A DNA stretch of 64,000 nt from Spirochaetaceae bacterium (lineage in GTDB: Bacteria; Spirochaetota; Spirochaetia; DSM-2461), in the NCBI GenBank assembly GCA_965224705.1, contig OZ245056.1:2208001-2272000 (forward strand), written 5' to 3'. The notes under the pieces are model-generated. The model searched no databases, was not told where the DNA came from, and saw nothing but the letters and a program-made list of their open reading frames with translations. The position numbers were made by a program, and so were the translations under genes. Shown here one piece after another: positions 59,454 to 64,000 of the stretch (positions within the stretch are counted from its first letter, which is position 1; every line of letters begins with the position of its first letter).

Positions 59454-60266
59454 TCAGCCCAGGGCCACATCCAGGGTCATCATAACAACGAATCCGCAAA
59501 TGGCCCCCATTGTGGCAAGGTCAATATTTCTATGCTCGTGGGCTTCAGGAATAAGTTCTTCAATAACAACATAAATCATTGCTCCAGCAGCAAATGCCAG
59601 TGCATAGGGAAGGATGGGGCGCATTGCAATGACAAGTAAGGCCCCCAGTACACCGAAGATTGGTTCTACCATACCGGAGAATTGGCCGTAAACGAAGCAT
59701 TTCCACCGGGTAAATCCCTCCCTCCGCAGGGGGATTGATACTGCCGCTCCTTCTGGAAAATTCTGTATACCAATACCAATGGCAAGGGCAATCGCGGCGG
59801 GCAATGTTGCTCCTGGAAAGCCAATCGCAGCGGTACCAAAAGCCACTCCAACAGCCAGGCCTTCCGGTATGTTATGTATGGTAATGGCAAAAACAAGAAG
59901 TATACTTCGCTGCCAGCGTGTTCTGGGTCCTTCGGCATCTGAGAGCGGCATCCCCAGATGAAGATGAGGGATTAATCGATCAGTAACACGGAGAAAAATT
60001 GCTCCAAGGAGGAAGCCTGCTGCTGCCGGGAACCAGGAAGGGACACCGGGCATCTCTTCCGACAGGGCAATGGCTGGTGCCAGGAGGGACCAGTAACTGG
60101 CTGCAATCATAACACCGGCGGCAAAACCCAGCATTGAATCCAGTACACGTCTGTTGATTCCTTTGAAGAAGAAGACCATGGCCGCTCCGAATGCTGTAAC
60201 ACTCCAGGTAAAAAGAGTTCCAATAAATGCCTGTATTACAGGATTTTGAGTATAAAACCATCCCAT
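59454..60266 (-). CDS. ZIP family metal transporter
   Basis: [27 protein letters not shown] and EELIPE. Confidence 0.93.
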   Translation of the reverse strand: MGWFYTQNPVIQAFIGTLFTWSVTAFGAAMVFFFKGINRRVLDSMLGFAAGVMIAASYWSLLAPAIALSEEMPGVPSWFPAAAGFLLGAIFLRVTDRLIPHLHLGMPLSDAEGPRTRWQRSILLVFAITIHNIPEGLAVGVAFGTAAIGFPGATLPAAIALAIGIGIQNFPEGAAVSIPLRREGFTRWKCFVYGQFSGMVEPIFGVLGALLVIAMRPILPYALAFAAGAMIYVVIEELIPEAHEHRNIDLATMGAICGFVVMMTLDVALG

Positions 60267-60374
60267 TACTATGATTATCCTTTACGAATATATTTTTTCA
60301 TAGTATAAAAGAATCTTCATGAATCGTCCAGTTCCAGATTTCAGCAAGACTTCTATTATGCCTTTGATACCAGA

Positions 60375-62435
60375 ATGACACGAACCACAAAGCTGTCTGA
60401 AGTCTGGGTACAACTCCATTATCGATATAGGAATGAATCCTACAAATACAACCTTCCCCTCCCTGATGGAAGTAAGGCTCTGGATGGCGTGAAGGTTGAT
60501 TTTGATCGAAGAATTGTTCCCGGAGGACAGCGTTTTTTGGTGACAATGGAATCCATGGGTCTGGTGGATATTGAAACTTTTGTACTCACCGGTTCACTGG
60601 ATTATTCACGAGACCTCAAGGGAATCTTTGTGAATGGATACCAGTCCTGGACCGAAAGCAATGAGCTATATCCCGGGGAAAGGATAGCGGCACTTAATTC
60701 ACCCGGCCGGTTTTTATCTCTTCAGCGATCAGGTGATGCCTCTTTCTATCCATATTCCGAGCGGAAGGGGCGTTTCCATGGTTATTCTTATGCCTATTTG
60801 AGATACCCGGACCGCCTCTTCCTTGTTTGCAGTCTGGATGACAGTATTGGATACACAATAATTGGGACAGATATTCGCCAGGAGATGTTTACCTTAACCA
60901 AAGATCTCTCCGGATATCGACTCAATGGTAAACAGAAAATTCTTGATCTGGCCATATTGGAAGGGATGGAGGATGCTGTTTTTGATGCCTATGCGGATAT
61001 GCGCGGTCTTTCTGACATGAGATTTCCCCGGGTGTTCAGCTGGATCAGTGAGCCGTCAGGAGCACGCCGATTGGATGAGCTCTATATAAGGCGCAGTCTC
61101 GCAGTATTTCGGGATAATGAGATCCCTCTGGATTATTTCATTATTGGAAGCGGCTGGCAGTCGGCGCTTGGTGAATGGAAGCTGCTGGCTTCCGGTTTCC
61201 CATCGGGGATGTCTTCCCTGTGTGCTGAGATACGGGGCAGTGGTTATCGACCGGGATTATGGTTTGCTCCCTTTGTTGTGGGAGTTGATTCAACGATATT
61301 CCGAACACGGAAGGACTGGCTGATCAGGGAACCCGGGAAGGCATTGAAACCAGCCGGACGTTTTGCCCAGCACAGGGGTGCTGTCTTCGCACTGGACCTC
61401 TCGAGACAGGATGTTCGGGAATACATTGCGGAGAGCTATCAGCGGATTACAGAGAAATGGCGTTATGATTTCATTGCTCTGGACCTGCTTTATGCGTCAG
61501 GTATCTATCCCCGGGATGGATTGAGCAGGGGAGGGGCCATGAATGATGCGATGAAGTTTCTTACTTCACTGAAGGATGAGTCTACAACCTGGCTTGTCAA
61601 TGGAGTTCCTCTGGAGCCTTGTTTCGGAAAAGTTGAATACACCCGTATCTGCGCCAATACATCCCCGGCCTGGGAGCATACCTATCATAAGAGTATTCAT
61701 TTGAGAGAAAGGGTTTCCACCCTTAGCGCATTGCGTTCCACAGTTGGCCGACGTCACCTTAATGGCCGATTGTCTGAAAATGCCACCGGCCCATTTCATT
61801 TGAGATCGACAAGAAAATCCATGGATGAATCACAACGATACACTCAGCTTCTATTATGCCTGCTGCTCGGGAATTTCATATCGACTTCAGATCCTGTTGG
61901 AGACTACCAGCCGGAAACAATGAGACTGTTTATGTCCCTGTTTCCTTTTATTAATCCCCGAATTGAATCAGTGACAGAATTCAGGAGAACGGTCAGAGTG
62001 AATTACAGGGTCGGCGGGCGGACATACCTGAGTATTTCCAATCTGGCAGAACGCACACGATCGTATCAACTTCCTGATGGCAACTGGTTTGTGGCTGCTG
62101 CTGGAGGAAATCGTGCTCATCACATTATGGGAGAAACGCATCGGCAGATAAAATCAGGCGAATCACACAATTATCTGCTTATTGAAGAAGGAGATTGTTT
62201 TGCCGGCAGCGATGGACATGTTTTTCCCGGAGCTGAAATCAAATCTATACAGAAGATTGGTAACAACTGGGTCATTATCCCTGAGAAATCAGGTCATAAT
62301 CTTTTCAAAGTATGGCTGCGAGTTCCGGCGGATGATGCCAATACTACAATAAATGGATATTCTGTTGAGAAAGAAATACTCGCGAATGGAGAATGTCTGA
62401 TAAGCACCCATGTCGGCGATTCACCGGCAGTTTAA
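60375..62435 (+). CDS. Alpha-galactosidase-like (GH36-type) protein
   Basis: NGYQSW, FPSGM, GLWFAPF and LDLS..VREY; the canonical IDDGW and KLDF motifs appear degenerate (IGSGW, ALDL). Confidence 0.65.
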   Translation: MTRTTKLSEVWVQLHYRYRNESYKYNLPLPDGSKALDGVKVDFDRRIVPGGQRFLVTMESMGLVDIETFVLTGSLDYSRDLKGIFVNGYQSWTESNELYPGERIAALNSPGRFLSLQRSGDASFYPYSERKGRFHGYSYAYLRYPDRLFLVCSLDDSIGYTIIGTDIRQEMFTLTKDLSGYRLNGKQKILDLAILEGMEDAVFDAYADMRGLSDMRFPRVFSWISEPSGARRLDELYIRRSLAVFRDNEIPLDYFIIGSGWQSALGEWKLLASGFPSGMSSLCAEIRGSGYRPGLWFAPFVVGVDSTIFRTRKDWLIREPGKALKPAGRFAQHRGAVFALDLSRQDVREYIAESYQRITEKWRYDFIALDLLYASGIYPRDGLSRGGAMNDAMKFLTSLKDESTTWLVNGVPLEPCFGKVEYTRICANTSPAWEHTYHKSIHLRERVSTLSALRSTVGRRHLNGRLSENATGPFHLRSTRKSMDESQRYTQLLLCLLLGNFISTSDPVGDYQPETMRLFMSLFPFINPRIESVTEFRRTVRVNYRVGGRTYLSISNLAERTRSYQLPDGNWFVAAAGGNRAHHIMGETHRQIKSGESHNYLLIEEGDCFAGSDGHVFPGAEIKSIQKIGNNWVIIPEKSGHNLFKVWLRVPADDANTTINGYSVEKEILANGECLISTHVGDSPAV

Positions 62436-63961
62436 CAGTCGTAAAGAAGTCTGAAGTAATCAACTCGGCCAAAAACCTTCCCTACAGCTTCCCTAATGCT
62501 GCCTGGTGATGCGGATGGGGTTTTCGTGCCGAAACCTGCCAGTATTTCAGAAAATTTTCTGGCAAAAACAATGTCACTGAAATGGGATTCCAGGGTATCT
62601 GCCATGCTGGGTGCGGTTGCCATCAATGTGCGGCTGACCGAATCCAGCAGCTCGCGATTCAAGAGTCTGGCCTGTCTTATCCATTCGGGATCTCTGGCCT
62701 TTTCAAGCATGGCAAGTTGATCTGTAACGGAAAGAAATGATATATCAAGTCCTCCCCCAACTCCCATCTTTTTTACGGATGCTTTGATTGTTTTAATTGC
62801 TTTTTCAGGTAGATAGCCGCTGTGGATCTTGATCTTCTCCAGGTACTCCTGCTGTGTTTTTTGTATGAGCGTCTTATCAGCGGGTATTCGGAATTCGGCC
62901 CAGAACCGCCGTGGATATTCCCCTAAGATCTCAAGGATCCCATCGAGAGTGTCAAGATAACGGCCGATGAGAGGTTTCCGCCAGTGAAGGGCATTCAGAA
63001 AAAGGTATCCGAATCCTTCCTGTACCGAGGTGGAGATAATACCATCACTGCCGGATGCAAGTTTTGGGTAGGTCAGCAGGGGGCTGCCTGTTGCTTCGGG
63101 ACACCAGACTCCCGGGATCAGTCCTTTCTTAAAGGCAGTTTCAACAATCTTTGAGTAGGCTTTCTCCTGTGCTGAAACGCCCGGGAGAGTTACGATAACA
63201 TTGGCAGGCTCATCGAGAAGAATGGCCATCATGGCCGCTTCAAATATGTTCTTTCGGCGAATAGTCCGTACAGGGTAGAGGAGTATTCGCCCATCAGGTA
63301 AGAATCCCGGATTCAATTGGGAACAGCTGTCCATAAGTGCTGCCTTTAATTCAGCGGAGCTTATGTCGCTCACAGGGGGGGGAGGGACAGGATTGGACAG
63401 AAGATTGACGGAATTGTTCAGGCCGGCATTGCAGAGTATTTTCCGGTCTCTTTCATTGATAACCGCATAGCGAATCCCAGGACCCGAAGGATAGGGAGGC
63501 GTATCGAGGACGGCATCAAGTCGATTCAAATTCTCCAATCGTCCACATTCGGGAAAATCATGGATGTGGAGAAGCATATTGCGTTTCCCACTTCTGGCGA
63601 TATCCATCAATGCTGCTGTGAACCAGGGATTTTTTCCAATATGGTAATTATGGATCCACCACAGAGTATCCTCATCGTAACGGGCTTCAAGTCGTCTGGT
63701 GATTGCACTGACATCAAGTTCCTGTCCGCTTTCGGTATAGGCGATTTCACTCAAAACATCACTTTTCAACTTGTCTGCCAGAGGTCTTGGAAGATTTTTT
63801 CTGATCCGGTTCATCACATCATTAATCCCATTTGAAATACCGGAAACCAATCTGATTTCCTTGATGTTATTCATGTGGGTGAGAATGGCACGGACGGAAT
63901 ATACAATGACATCAGTGACACCACCGGGCTGAAGGTGATAATGAAACAGCACTATTTTCAC
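62432..63961 (-). CDS. Glycosyltransferase family 4-like protein
   Basis: HYHLQPGGVT, HIHDF, RTIRRKN and STSVQEGFG. Confidence 0.75.
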   Translation of the reverse strand: MKIVLFHYHLQPGGVTDVIVYSVRAILTHMNNIKEIRLVSGISNGINDVMNRIRKNLPRPLADKLKSDVLSEIAYTESGQELDVSAITRRLEARYDEDTLWWIHNYHIGKNPWFTAALMDIARSGKRNMLLHIHDFPECGRLENLNRLDAVLDTPPYPSGPGIRYAVINERDRKILCNAGLNNSVNLLSNPVPPPPVSDISSAELKAALMDSCSQLNPGFLPDGRILLYPVRTIRRKNIFEAAMMAILLDEPANVIVTLPGVSAQEKAYSKIVETAFKKGLIPGVWCPEATGSPLLTYPKLASGSDGIISTSVQEGFGYLFLNALHWRKPLIGRYLDTLDGILEILGEYPRRFWAEFRIPADKTLIQKTQQEYLEKIKIHSGYLPEKAIKTIKASVKKMGVGGGLDISFLSVTDQLAMLEKARDPEWIRQARLLNRELLDSVSRTLMATAPSMADTLESHFSDIVFARKFSEILAGFGTKTPSASPGSIREAVGKVFGRVDYFRLLYDC

Positions 63962-64000
63962 TATGTTTTCCCTATGTTGAGATTTCCCAGATGTCGAGTC

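Overview
Bacterial chromosomal window, most likely from a spirochaete (inferred from the class I lysyl-tRNA synthetase, fliS-polA-coaE-SPOR gene order, BMP-family ABC system and PUR-domain protein). The first ~8.6 kb is an accessory island centred on a diversity-generating retroelement (DGR). It comprises a secreted caspase-like/PEGA/FGE-type C-type-lectin target gene (82-1902) with a variable repeat (VR, 1768-1885), an array of GNA/GNNA-loop hairpins, a 13x heptamer tandem repeat, a template repeat (TR, 2369-2486; 18 of 23 TR/VR mismatches sit at TR adenines), and an HRDC-avd-RT gene set. Both HRDC and RT are split by small MITE-like insertions whose removal restores the reading frames exactly. 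An AAA-ATPase/PD-(D/E)XK gene with a duplicated C-terminus and a second, deleted DGR remnant follow. The remainder is mostly housekeeping: XPB-like helicase pair, PhoH, fliS, polA, coaE, divergent acc and fab operons, lysS, a nucleoside-type ABC system, leuB, argS, pdxST, tRNA-Arg, tRNA-His, fumC, a sugar ABC system, a ZIP transporter, a glycosidase and a glycosyltransferase. Several families of non-autonomous IS derivatives are scattered through it. All product calls come from motif recognition by eye; no database searches were run.
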